From Prorocentrum cordatum (taxonomy: Eukaryota): a DNA stretch of 64,000 bases. Below, one piece after another: positions 1-9,138 of the stretch. How positions within the stretch are numbered: the first letter of the stretch is position 1; the number at the start of each line of letters is the position of its first letter. The notes beneath the pieces are model-generated. The model did not search any database and was not told the origin of the DNA. It saw only the letters and a list, made by a program, of their open reading frames with translations. The position numbers and the translations under genes are program-made. The DNA lies in contig CAUYUJ010000187.1 in the NCBI GenBank assembly GCA_963575745.1, positions 1-64,000 of the forward strand, read 5' to 3'.

Positions 1-270
1 TTCTGCACTTAACTCGGGCTGTAGGGGGGCTGCAGGGCTGGTAATCACATGAGTCGATTCGAAGACATCAGACGCGTCCGCCTGTCGCATTGAGAGGTCT
101 GAACTCGGTCTGATCAGACGCGTCCGCTTGTCGCATTGAGAGGTAAAAAATATTCACTATGAGTCAGAATGTTGGTTGGTGCTCTCGGTTTTCTCAACTT
201 AAGTTGAGCTTGGGAGCTCTACGAGTTCCCCGGGGGTAACCAAGGTTGACGGTTTACCGCCGGCCCCCAG
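1..270 (+). mobile_element. 3' part of a non-autonomous Helitron2/Helentron-like element (family A), ending in sub-TIR + hairpin + CCCAG
   Basis: Near-identical to 1602-1838 and 5445-5712. Ends GAGCTCTACGAGTTCCCCGG(G)GGTAACCAAGGTTGACGGTTTACCGCCGGCCCCCAG|T. Confidence 0.7.
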
Positions 271-1838
271 TAATTCCGGCGCGCTGGAGAGCTAGTTGGC
301 TCGAAAAAAAAGAAGTGAACTTTTCACAACTTTTGGTCGGTTGAAAATTATGTTCTCAAAATTTGACAATTCGTTAGAGCTCTAGTATTTTTTCTCGTGA
401 TATTCGATCTTATTCCCGCTCGCCATCTTGATCTCAGCTCGATCGGGTACCTTTTACTGCCAAACAGCACACTGGCGGGAACGGCCGTTTCAGGAGAGTC
501 ATTTTGGATAATACGCGCTTCGGTATGTTGTCTTACCCTCCGGAGCTGTAGGGCTCTACGTACAACAGGTAAGCACAGCTATCGCACTCAGAATCAAATC
601 ATGAGAGGCGCGTTCGTCTATTACATCCAGAGGTCTGAACTCTCTCTGCCAGTCGAGCTTAATGTCCTCAAAACCTATTCGTATTCTTCGTAGTCAACTT
701 TATACCTTTGTCGTTGTTTGTTTTCTACTTATCTCGCGCGTAGAGGCAGCCTGCCTTGCTGGTCATCACCCTATCGCATCAGAATCTCGGCGCGTTCCCC
801 TGTTTGATCCCTTTCTGAAACCTCGGTCCTGCTAGCCGAAGCTAGGTCCGCAATCTATTTCGTATATATTCGATTGAACTTTATTCCGCGTTGTCGGTAT
901 TTTCTACTTAACTCAGCTGTTAGGGCACTACAGTGCTGGTAATCACATATCCTATCGCACTAGAATCGTGGGACGCGTTCGCCTGTACAATCGATAGGTC
1001 TGAACTCGGTCTGCTAGCCGAGCTAGATCCGCAAAACTATTCGTATTATTCGAGTGAACTTGATACGCGTGGTTGGTATTTTGTACTTAATTCGAGCTGC
1101 AGGGCAGCCACAGTGCTGGTAAGCACACCTATCGCACTCAGAATCATCAGGCGCGTTGCCTCTGGACTTCTGAGGTCTGAACTCGGTCTGCTAGCCGAGC
1201 TAGATGCGCAAACCTATTCGTATTATTTGAGTGATCTTGAGAAACGCTCTTGGTATTTTCTGTACTTAACTCGAGCTGCAGCTACAGAGCCTACAGTTAC
1301 AGAAATCGATTGGGAATTATCGGGCGCGTTTGTCTGTTGTATCGAGAGCTCTGAACTCGGCCTGCTGCCCGAGCTAGGTTCGCGAAACTATTCGTATTGC
1401 CCGAATCATCGTGAAAAGTGCTCTCAATTTTCTGCACTCAACTCGTGCTGGGGGAGGGCTACAGTGCTGTCACAGAAATCGATTCGCACACATCAGACGC
1501 GTTCGTTGGTCGATTCGAGAGCTCAGAACTTGGTTTGCTGCTCGAAACAGGTCTGCGAAACTATTATATTATTCGAGTCATCCTCAGAGATGCTGTCGGT
1601 GTTCTGCACTTAACTCGGGCTGTAGGGGGGCTGCAGGGCTGGTAATCACATGAGTCGATTCGCAGACATCAGACGCGTCCGGCTGTCGCATTCAGAGGTC
1701 TGAACTCGGTCTGATCAGACGCGTCCGCTTGTCGCATTCAGAGGTCAAAAAATATTCACTATAAGTCAGAATGTTGGTAGGTGCTCTCGATTTTCTAACC
1801 TTAAGTTGAGCTTGGAAGCTCTACGAGTTCGCCCGGCG

Positions 1839-2181
1839 ATCAGGATGGATGCGGGGTGGACACACAGGATACAAGTATGGGTTTCTGCTTCAGATCGGCT
1901 TAAACCATACTCAGGTGCAATCCCAGTGAGAGGGAATCGCTCCGGCGAAACCGTGGTCTCCCTTTCCCGCTGTGCAGAGGTTTTTGCTGATTTCTAGTGC
2001 CGTGCCCCTCGTTTTTGGAGGATGTGGCCCGAGGCCGCGTGGGCTCCTCGAAACAGTTTGAAGGCGGCCGATGTGAATTGTCGGCAGCCGAAGCGCTGCT
2101 TAGCGCTGCCCGTGTGCTTCTGCGGGACCGGTCCTCGCCCAGCTGCACCCAGCTGGGAACGCGAGTCCAAACAAACAAACA
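1839..2181 (+). mobile_element. Short 5'-truncated copy of the RTE-like LINE (3' end only) with (CAAA)n tail
   Basis: Aligns to 3757-4100 and ends CCCAGCTGCACCCAGCTGGG...CAAACAAACAAAC, directly before AACCAAGGTTGACGG. Confidence 0.85.
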
Positions 2182-2216
2182 AACCAAGGTTGACGGTTTA
2201 CCGCCGGCGCCCAGTA

Positions 2217-4100
2217 TACGGTCACGGTTCAGATTGGCTCGCGGATTGTACCTTTCAAGCGTGTTGAGAGTTTGAATGTGCTGGGATATCAGATTCCCAG
2301 AAGTTTCACTGCTATCCACACGGATGTGCAGGATCGCGTCCAGCAGGCCCGACGGGCGTTCTTTGCGCAGGTGCAGTATTTTACGTGCAGGGCGTTGCCT
2401 CTGGTGAAGAAGTTTCGTCGATATCAATCGACTGTGCCGAGCCGCCTTTTATATGCAGCAGAGGCCATCACGATTGACAGTGAGTGTGTGAGGGTTATTC
2501 ATGCGTTCGAGGGTATGTGTCTTCTGAGAATGTCAGGGAGGAGGAAGCCAGGAGATGTGGGGTGGGAGGTATGGCGGCCAGCTGCACTGACACGTGTCAG
2601 GACAACCTTCTGCGATGGGGGTTTCCCATCGGCTGTGCAGATGCTGTGCTGGAAGAGCTGGGGCATGATGCGCTCCACGAGGCAATATTTACTATCTTTG
2701 GAGGAGGACAGGACGGCAAGGACGGAGGTTGAGGTGGAGGGATCAACGACTCAACGTGCTAAACGTGTTCGCTTTACGGAGGGACGGGGGGAGGATATAC
2801 CTGCTGCGACTGTGATGGAGGCGGAGGGGAGGAGTACGGACATGGAGAGGAGGCTGGAGGATCTCTGCTCGCAGGTCGCCTGTTCCATTGCCCGCTCACA
2901 GCCGATGCCCTCTGGAGAGGGAGCTACCCACACTCTCAGAGACGAGCCGCTTGCCGTCTCAAAGGGGAGGAGGGCCTTTCGAGACTCCCGACGTGCGCTT
3001 ATGATGTACAATGTTGGCTGGGTCACGGCTCGCGACACAATAACAGAGGTTCTACGACAACACGGCAGCAGGGCCTTATCTAGTTCGGGCAAACGGCTTC
3101 GTGGAGGCCCTGTGTCTGTGGGCGGACGGTCTTGGCAGTTCCCATACATTCAGTTCTTTGGGGAAAAGTGGTGGGAGTCTGTACGGGGTGATTGGGTTCA
3201 ATTCTTGGAGGTATGGAAGCAACTCCTTATACAATACAACAAATCTAAGGTCTATGATTACTTTGTGGTGTCTTGGAAGGGCTCTCCTAATGGACCTCGA
3301 GGCTCCCCTGAGGCTCGTGAGAAGGCCGATACTGAGATGGTCGATACCGCGACCAACCCTCTGCACCCCAAGTATGACCCCAAAGAGTCCGCCAAGCTTG
3401 CAATACGTTATGCGATGATCCAGGAGCGTGCGACTGTGTGGGATATATCGTCAGAGGGTTTTGCTGCTGAGTTCAAGGGTGACTCACTACTTATCTGCTC
3501 CTGGCTCCAGGGTAAATGGAGATGTGAGAATCGTGGCTACTGCAAGAGGACAGCTGCCATGATTGATTGTACCTTTGAGCTCGCCGCGTGTTTCAATCTG
3601 AGGCCTGCTGCCTTGGGACGTGAGATATGGAGACACGAATTCAGGGAGGACAATACACGAGCGGATGAATTGACGCATGAGGCCAGATATGGCCGCACAT
3701 TCTACAGAACTCATCGTTATCTATATCCATTCGAAACTTATCTCGTACCGTTCGCTATCAGGGGAGGCTTTGATGGCGGGGTTGACCAGCAAGGATCAGG
3801 ATGTGGTTTCTGGCTTCAGATCGGCTTAATCAATACTCAGTGCAATCCCAGTGAGATAGGAATCGCTTCCGCGAGAACCGTGGGCCCCTTCCCTGCTGGG
3901 CATGAGTTTGCTGTTTCTAGTGCCGTGCCCCTCGTTTGGAGGGATGTGGCCGAGGCCGCGTGGCTCCTCGAAGGAGCTACAGTCACAGAATGTGAATTGT
4001 CGGCAGCCGAAGCGCTGCTTAGCGCTGCCCGTGTGCTTCTGCGGGACCGGTCCTCGCCCAGCTGCACCCAGCTGGGAACGCGAGTCCAAACAAACAAACA
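2217..4100 (+). mobile_element. 5'-truncated non-LTR retrotransposon (RTE-like) flanked by a 35-bp target-site duplication
   Basis: Direct repeat AACCAAGGTTGACGG(T/C)TTACCGCCGGCGCCCAGTA at 2182-2216 and 4101-4135; 3' stem-loop at 4057-4076 and (CAAA)n tail. Confidence 0.85.
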
Positions 4101-4158
4101 AACCAAGGTTGACGGCTTACCGCCGGCGCCCAGTAATTCCGGCGCGCTGGAGAGCTAG
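2272..4158 (+). CDS. C-terminal part of a LINE pol protein: post-RT thumb region plus RNase H-like domain in permuted motif order; RT core lost by 5' truncation
   Basis: DRVQQARRAFF...KKFRRYQSTVPSRLLYAAE resembles the RTE post-RT region. RNase HI-like motifs: KGDSLLI, HEFREDNTRAD, FDGG, TECELSAA. Confidence 0.7.
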   Translation: MNVLGYQIPRSFTAIHTDVQDRVQQARRAFFAQVQYFTCRALPLVKKFRRYQSTVPSRLLYAAEAITIDSECVRVIHAFEGMCLLRMSGRRKPGDVGWEVWRPAALTRVRTTFCDGGFPSAVQMLCWKSWGMMRSTRQYLLSLEEDRTARTEVEVEGSTTQRAKRVRFTEGRGEDIPAATVMEAEGRSTDMERRLEDLCSQVACSIARSQPMPSGEGATHTLRDEPLAVSKGRRAFRDSRRALMMYNVGWVTARDTITEVLRQHGSRALSSSGKRLRGGPVSVGGRSWQFPYIQFFGEKWWESVRGDWVQFLEVWKQLLIQYNKSKVYDYFVVSWKGSPNGPRGSPEAREKADTEMVDTATNPLHPKYDPKESAKLAIRYAMIQERATVWDISSEGFAAEFKGDSLLICSWLQGKWRCENRGYCKRTAAMIDCTFELAACFNLRPAALGREIWRHEFREDNTRADELTHEARYGRTFYRTHRYLYPFETYLVPFAIRGGFDGGVDQQGSGCGFWLQIGLINTQCNPSEIGIASARTVGPFPAGHEFAVSSAVPLVWRDVAEAAWLLEGATVTECELSAAEALLSAARVLLRDRSSPSCTQLGTRVQTNKQTKVDGLPPAPSNSGALES

Positions 4159-5712
4159 TTGGCTCGAAAAAAAAGAAGTGAACTTTTCACAACTTTTGGT
4201 CGGTTGAAAATTATGTTCTCAAAATTTGAACATTCGTTAGAACTCTAGTATTTTTTCCCGTGATATTCGATCTTATTCCCGCTCGCCATCTTGATCTCAG
4301 CTCGATCGGGTACCTTTTACTGCCAAAAAGCACACTGGCGGGATCGGCCGTTTCCAGTGATCTTGATACGCGTTGTCGGTATTTTGTACTTAAGTCGAGC
4401 TGTAGGACAGCCACAGAGCTGGTAAGCACAGCTATCGCACTCAGAATCATCAGGCGCATTCGCCTGTTGAGTTCGTAGGTCTGAACTCGGTCTGCTAGCC
4501 GAGCTAGGTCTAAAAACCTATTCGTATTATTCCAGTCAACTTGATACGCGTTGTCGGTATTTTCTACTTAACTCGAGCTATAGGGCAGCTACAGTGCTGG
4601 TAAGCACACATATCGCACTCAGAATGATCAGGCGCGTTCGGCTTTTGAATCCATAGGTCTGAACTCGGTCTGCTAGCCGAGCTAGGTCCGCAAACCTATT
4701 CGTATTATTCGAGTCAACTTGCTACGCGTTGTCGGTAGTTTCTACTTAACTCGAGCTGTAGGGCAGCTACAGTTCTGGTAAGCACACATATCGCACTCAG
4801 AATAATCAGGCGCGGTCGCCTGTCCAGTCCATAGGTCTGAACTCGGTCTGTTAGCCGAGCTAGGTCCGCAAACCTATTCGTATATTCGAGTCAACTTGAT
4901 ACGCGTGGTGGGTATTCTATACTCAATTCGAGCTACGGGGCAGCTACAGTGCTGGTAAGCGCCTATCGCACTCAGAACCATCAGGTGCGTTCGCCTCTTG
5001 ACTCCAGAGGTCCGAACTCGGTCTGCTAGCCGAGCTAGGTCCGCAAATCTATTCGTATTATTCGAGTCATCTTGATCAACGCTCTCGGTATTTTCTGTAC
5101 TTAACTCGAGCTGTAGGCAACTACAGAGCCTACAGTCACAGAAATCGATTGAGAATTATCGGGCGCGTTTGTCTGTTGTACCGAGAGCTCTCAACTCGGC
5201 CTGTTGCCCGAGCTAGGGTCGCGAAACTATTCGTATTGTCCGAATCATCGTGAAAAGTGCTCTCAATTTTCTGCACTCAACTCGTGCTGGGGGAGGGCTA
5301 CAGTGCTGCGGGTCATAGAAATCGATTTGCACACATCAGGCGCGTTCGTTGGTCGATTCGAGAGCTCAGAACTTGGTCTGCTGCTCGAAACAGGTCTACG
5401 AAACTATTATATTATTCGAGTCATCCTGAGAGATGCTGTCGGTTTTCTGCACTTACCTCGGGCTGTAGGGGGTTGCAGGGCTGGTAATCACATGAGTCGA
5501 TTCGCAGACATCAGACGTCCGCCTGTCGCATTGAGAGGTCTGAACTCGGTCTGATCAGACGCGTCCGCTTGTCGCATTCAGAGGTCAAAAAATATTGACT
5601 ATGAGTCAGAATGTTGGTAGGTGCTCTCGGTTTTCTCAACTTAAGTCGAGCTTGGAAGCTCTACGAGTTCCCCGGCGGTAACCAAGGTTGACGGTTTACC
5701 GCCGGCGCCCAG
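4134..5712 (+). mobile_element. Family A non-autonomous element body with an intact, uninterrupted 3' terminus
   Basis: ~178-bp repeats (GGTCTGAACTCGGTCTG at 4478, 4656, ~4834, ~5009). Hairpin arms CCGGCGGTAA (5672-5681) and TTACCGCCGG (5696-5705), then CGCCCAG|T. Confidence 0.75.
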
Positions 5713-6034
5713 TAATACGAATAGGTTTGCAAACCTAGCTCGGCTAGCAGACCGCGTTCAGACCTCTGGGTTCGACAGGCGAACGCGCCTGACTATTCTT
5801 AATTGATTAGCTGTGCTTACCAGCCCTGTAGCTGTCCTGAAGCTCGAGTTATCTTCAGAAAACCGTCATAAGCTGACCCCGAAACGGGCGATCCCGCCGT
5901 CAAAGGTATCCGATCGAGCTGAGATCAGGATGGCGAGCGGGAATAAGATCGAATATCACGGGAAAAATACTAGAGTTCTAACGAATGGTTCGATTTCGAG
6001 AACCGAATTTTCAAGCGACCAAAAGTCATCAAAA
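5713..6034 (-). mobile_element. Fragment of a reverse-oriented family A element (host of neighbouring insertions); continues at 7134-7180
   Basis: Reverse complement of the family A 5' region. Joining 6034 to 7134 restores the motif seen intact at 7021-7080. Confidence 0.7.
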
Positions 6035-7133
6035 CTGGGCGCCGGCGGTAAACCGTTAACCTTTCTCACCGCCGGGGAACTCGGCTTCCTGACAATATAT
6101 AATGTGGAAAAGAAGGTCAGAAAACGACTAGTTTTTCAGCCTAAGCGACTATAGACCTCTCAAGATGACTCTAGCAAAACAAACGAACAGTTTTCCAATC
6201 GAGCTCGAGTATGAAACCGAGTTCAGACCTCTGAATGCGAGAGGCGGACGCGTCTGTCTGCGGATCGATTCCTGTGATTATCAGCTCTGCAGCTCCCATA
6301 CAGTGCAGAAAACCGAGAGTATCTCTCAGGATGACTCGAATAATACAACAGTTTCGCGGATCTTGTTCGAGCAGCAGACCGAGTTCCGAGTCGGTTCGAC
6401 GAACAGACGCGCCTGATGTCTCGAAATCGATTTCTGTGACCAGCAGCACTGTAGCCCTCCCCAGCACGATTTAAGTACAGAAAACAGAGAGCACTTCTCA
6501 AGATGACTCGAACAATACCCGTAGGTTCGCGGACCTAGCTCGGGGAGCAGGCCGAGTTCAGAGCTCTTGATTCAACAGACGAACACGCCTGATAATTCTG
6601 AATCGATTTCTGTGATTATCAGCTCTGTGGCTGCCCTAGAGATCGAGTTAAGTACGAGAAACCGAAAGCGTCTGCTACAATGACTCGAATAATACGAACA
6701 GGTTTGCAACCCTAGCTCGGCTAGCAGACCGAGTTCAGACCTCTCGATTCAGCAGGCGAACGCGCCTGATCATTCTGAATGCATTAGCTGTGCTGAGCAG
6801 CTCTCTAGTTGTCCCGATGCTCGAGTTATCTTGAGAAACCCGACAGCGCGTATCAAGATGACTCGAAACGGCCGTTGCCGCCTGCCTGCTTTTTGGCCTT
6901 CAAAGTTACCCGATCGAGCTGAGATCAAGATGGCGAGCAGGAATAAGATCGAATATCATGGGAAAAAAAAACTAGAGCTTAAACGAATTATTGAATTTGG
7001 AGAACAAAATTTTGAACCGACCAAAAGTCAGCAAAAGGTCCGTCGAGATTTTTCTTGCCAACTAGCTCTCCAGCTCCCCGGAATTACTCTTAAGCTTCCA
7101 GTAATAACTTGCTAAGAGAAGCTCTCTGAGTTA
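6035..7133 (-). mobile_element. Complete non-autonomous Helitron2-like element (~1.1 kb) inserted at A|T with no TSD
   Basis: On the minus strand it starts TAACTCAGAGAGCTTC (13/15 complementary to the family 3' sub-TIR GAAGCTCTACGAGTT) and ends hairpin-CCCAG at 6035. Confidence 0.75.
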
Positions 7134-7451
7134 TCTCCGTCGAGATGTTTCTTGCCAACTACCTCTCCAGCGCCCCGGCATGGTAGCGTAATACTCTCTT
7201 GACAAGCTCAGGGTAGCCCGGGCGAAGCTCCTCTGGGGCTCTGGGGGGCTCCCCGGCAGCGCTTCCGAAGCTCTGCCAGGCAGCGCTTTCGAAGCTCTGT
7301 CTTAATATGAGCTCTCTGGGTGCAGTTTTACTATCAAAACACTTGGAGGAACAATCTCGATGCCGACGCGAAAAAAAACGATGCTTCGCTTTTCCAAGAA
7401 ATGCTTCCAGAAGCTTTCCCTTTCGACTCTGAGCATTCTTATGCGTGAAAG

Positions 7452-7505
7452 GAGCTCTACGAGGTTCCCGGCGGTGAGCAGGTTGACGGTCACCGCCGGC
7501 GCCAG
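7452..7505 (+). repeat. Helitron2-like 3' terminal motif (sub-TIR + hairpin + CCAG)
   Basis: GAGCTCTACGAGGTTCCCGGCGGTGAGCAGGTTGACGGTCACCGCCGGCGCCAG|T. The arm variant CCGGCGGTGA/TCACCGCCGG preserves pairing. Confidence 0.75.
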
Positions 7506-7799
7506 TTTGGGTCGCTTTGCGATTTTTTGAAAGATATTTGACAATTCATTTTGAGAAAGCAGATTTGTCGCACTTGTAGTGGGTTAAGATGCGTCTGCCA
7601 GTAAAATTTTTAGGTTGGTAGGTGCAGTATTTCTATCAAAACACTTGGGGGAACCAACGTTGGGTAAAAACAAAAAAAAAACGTAATTTTTCGAATTTTA
7701 GCACGTGCTCGTCCGGGCCCGAACCCTCCACCCCAGGCCGAGAGGCACCCCCTGGGCCGTACTGGACAGGGCAGATCATATTAGTTTAGATTCAATCCC

Positions 7800-9138
7800 T
7801 CAGAGTGCTTGCTGCAAACAGCGCAGTGATCCCGGAAACGGCAGGTTATACGCAAAGCACCCAGCGCCGGTCGGGAAGTCGCGCGCATGGGACGAGCGGG
7901 TGCAGGAGTGTCTGCGCGCAGAGCACGACGTGGTCCATGCATGAGCTGGCAACGCGATTGCGGGCGGAGGGCGACGAAGACGCGCCACCCTCGCGGCAGT
8001 GAAATGTTCAGCAACAGAAGCGGCTGCGATTGGAGGCCGATGCGCACAGGGCTGCGCTCGCGGCGCACCTGGGCATCGACATGAGCGGTGTTCAGCATGC
8101 TGGCGCGGAGGCGCGATCGCGGGACCACTCGGAGGAGATGCTCGGCGAGCTGGCGAGGCACGTGGAGAAGCACGGCCTTTTGCCGCAAGCGTGAGTCCGC
8201 GCTCGGAAAATGGGTTGATCACGTGAGTTCTGGGGAGGTGGTGCTGACCCCCGAGCAGCGCGCGCGGTTCGACGGCTCGTGGACCGGCGGGAGGAGAGGC
8301 GTGTGCGCGCCCGCGCGATGCTGGACCGCATGGAGGTGCTCGACGAGCTGCCGAAGCGAGGGGCAGATGACGAGGAGGAGGCAAAGCTCGCGCGTTGGAT
8401 CGACAATGTCTGCACTGGCCACCACGAGCTGGATAATGACAACAAGGAGAGATTCGATCGTTTGGTGGACAGGCGTGCGTGGCAGCGGCGGACGGCGCAG
8501 GAGCGCGTGCTCGAGGTGAAGGCGTTCGTGGAAAGGCACGGGCGAGGGCCGCAGCGCTTCGGCCACGGCGACGATCCGCGGGAGCATCTGCTCGCGCGTT
8601 GGGTGGAGCACGTCCGAGCGCGCGGCGTCGAGGGCCTGGGCGAGGGCTGGCGCGCGCAGCTGGAGGCGGCGATGGACGCGGATCTCATCCAGGCCCAGGC
8701 GCTCGAGGCGTGGTGCGAGAATAACCAGAGGATGCCGGTGGAGAAAGCGGAGGATGACGAGGAGCGCAAGCTGGCGAACTTCATCGCGCATCGCGAGCGT
8801 CGGGGCCGCGAGGCGTCGTTTAACGCGACCGACACCTTCGACGCGTTGCGGCAGAAGTACGCGCAGGCGGCCGCCGCGCGCCGCGATGTCGAGCGTAGGG
8901 GGGCGGAGGCGCGGGCGCTCGAGGGCGGCGGCAGGAGCTGCTGCAGCGCGCGGCGGAGGAGGAGGAGGCCTGCGAGGAGGAGGAGGAGGAGCAGGAGGAG
9001 GGGGAGGACCCGGCCGACTGCCTCGCGGAGGAGCGGCGCGCGGAGGTCACGCCGGATATATGTGCTAGGTTCCAGAGGGCAGACAGGGCGCTCGCTCGGC
9101 GGGTGAAGGCAGCGCTCGTGGGCGCCCTGTTGTCCTAG
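7800..9138 (+). pseudogene. Frameshifted N-terminal extension of RepHel with helicase-associated (HA)-like repeats
   Basis: Repeats such as ESALGKWVDHV, EEAKLARWIDNV, VKAFVERHGRGP...EHLLARWVEHVR and EERKLANFI. The frame from ~8934 runs into the 9139 ORF across a single TAG at 9136-9138. Confidence 0.55.

Larger units (their letters stand above)
271..4133 (+). mobile_element. Family A non-autonomous element body (271-1838) with internal ~178-bp tandem repeats; its 3' hairpin is split by two LINE insertions
   Basis: Colinear with 4134-5712. The left half of the terminal motif ends at 1838; the right half occurs at 2182-2214 and again at 4101-4133. Confidence 0.7.

Noticed and set aside
274..296. 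TCCGGCGCGCTGGA hairpin + CTAG|T as a canonical Helitron1 3' end
   Set aside because: The complete element 6035-7133 shows this motif is internal, near the 5' end. Flanks diverge after CCAG, not after this CTAG.
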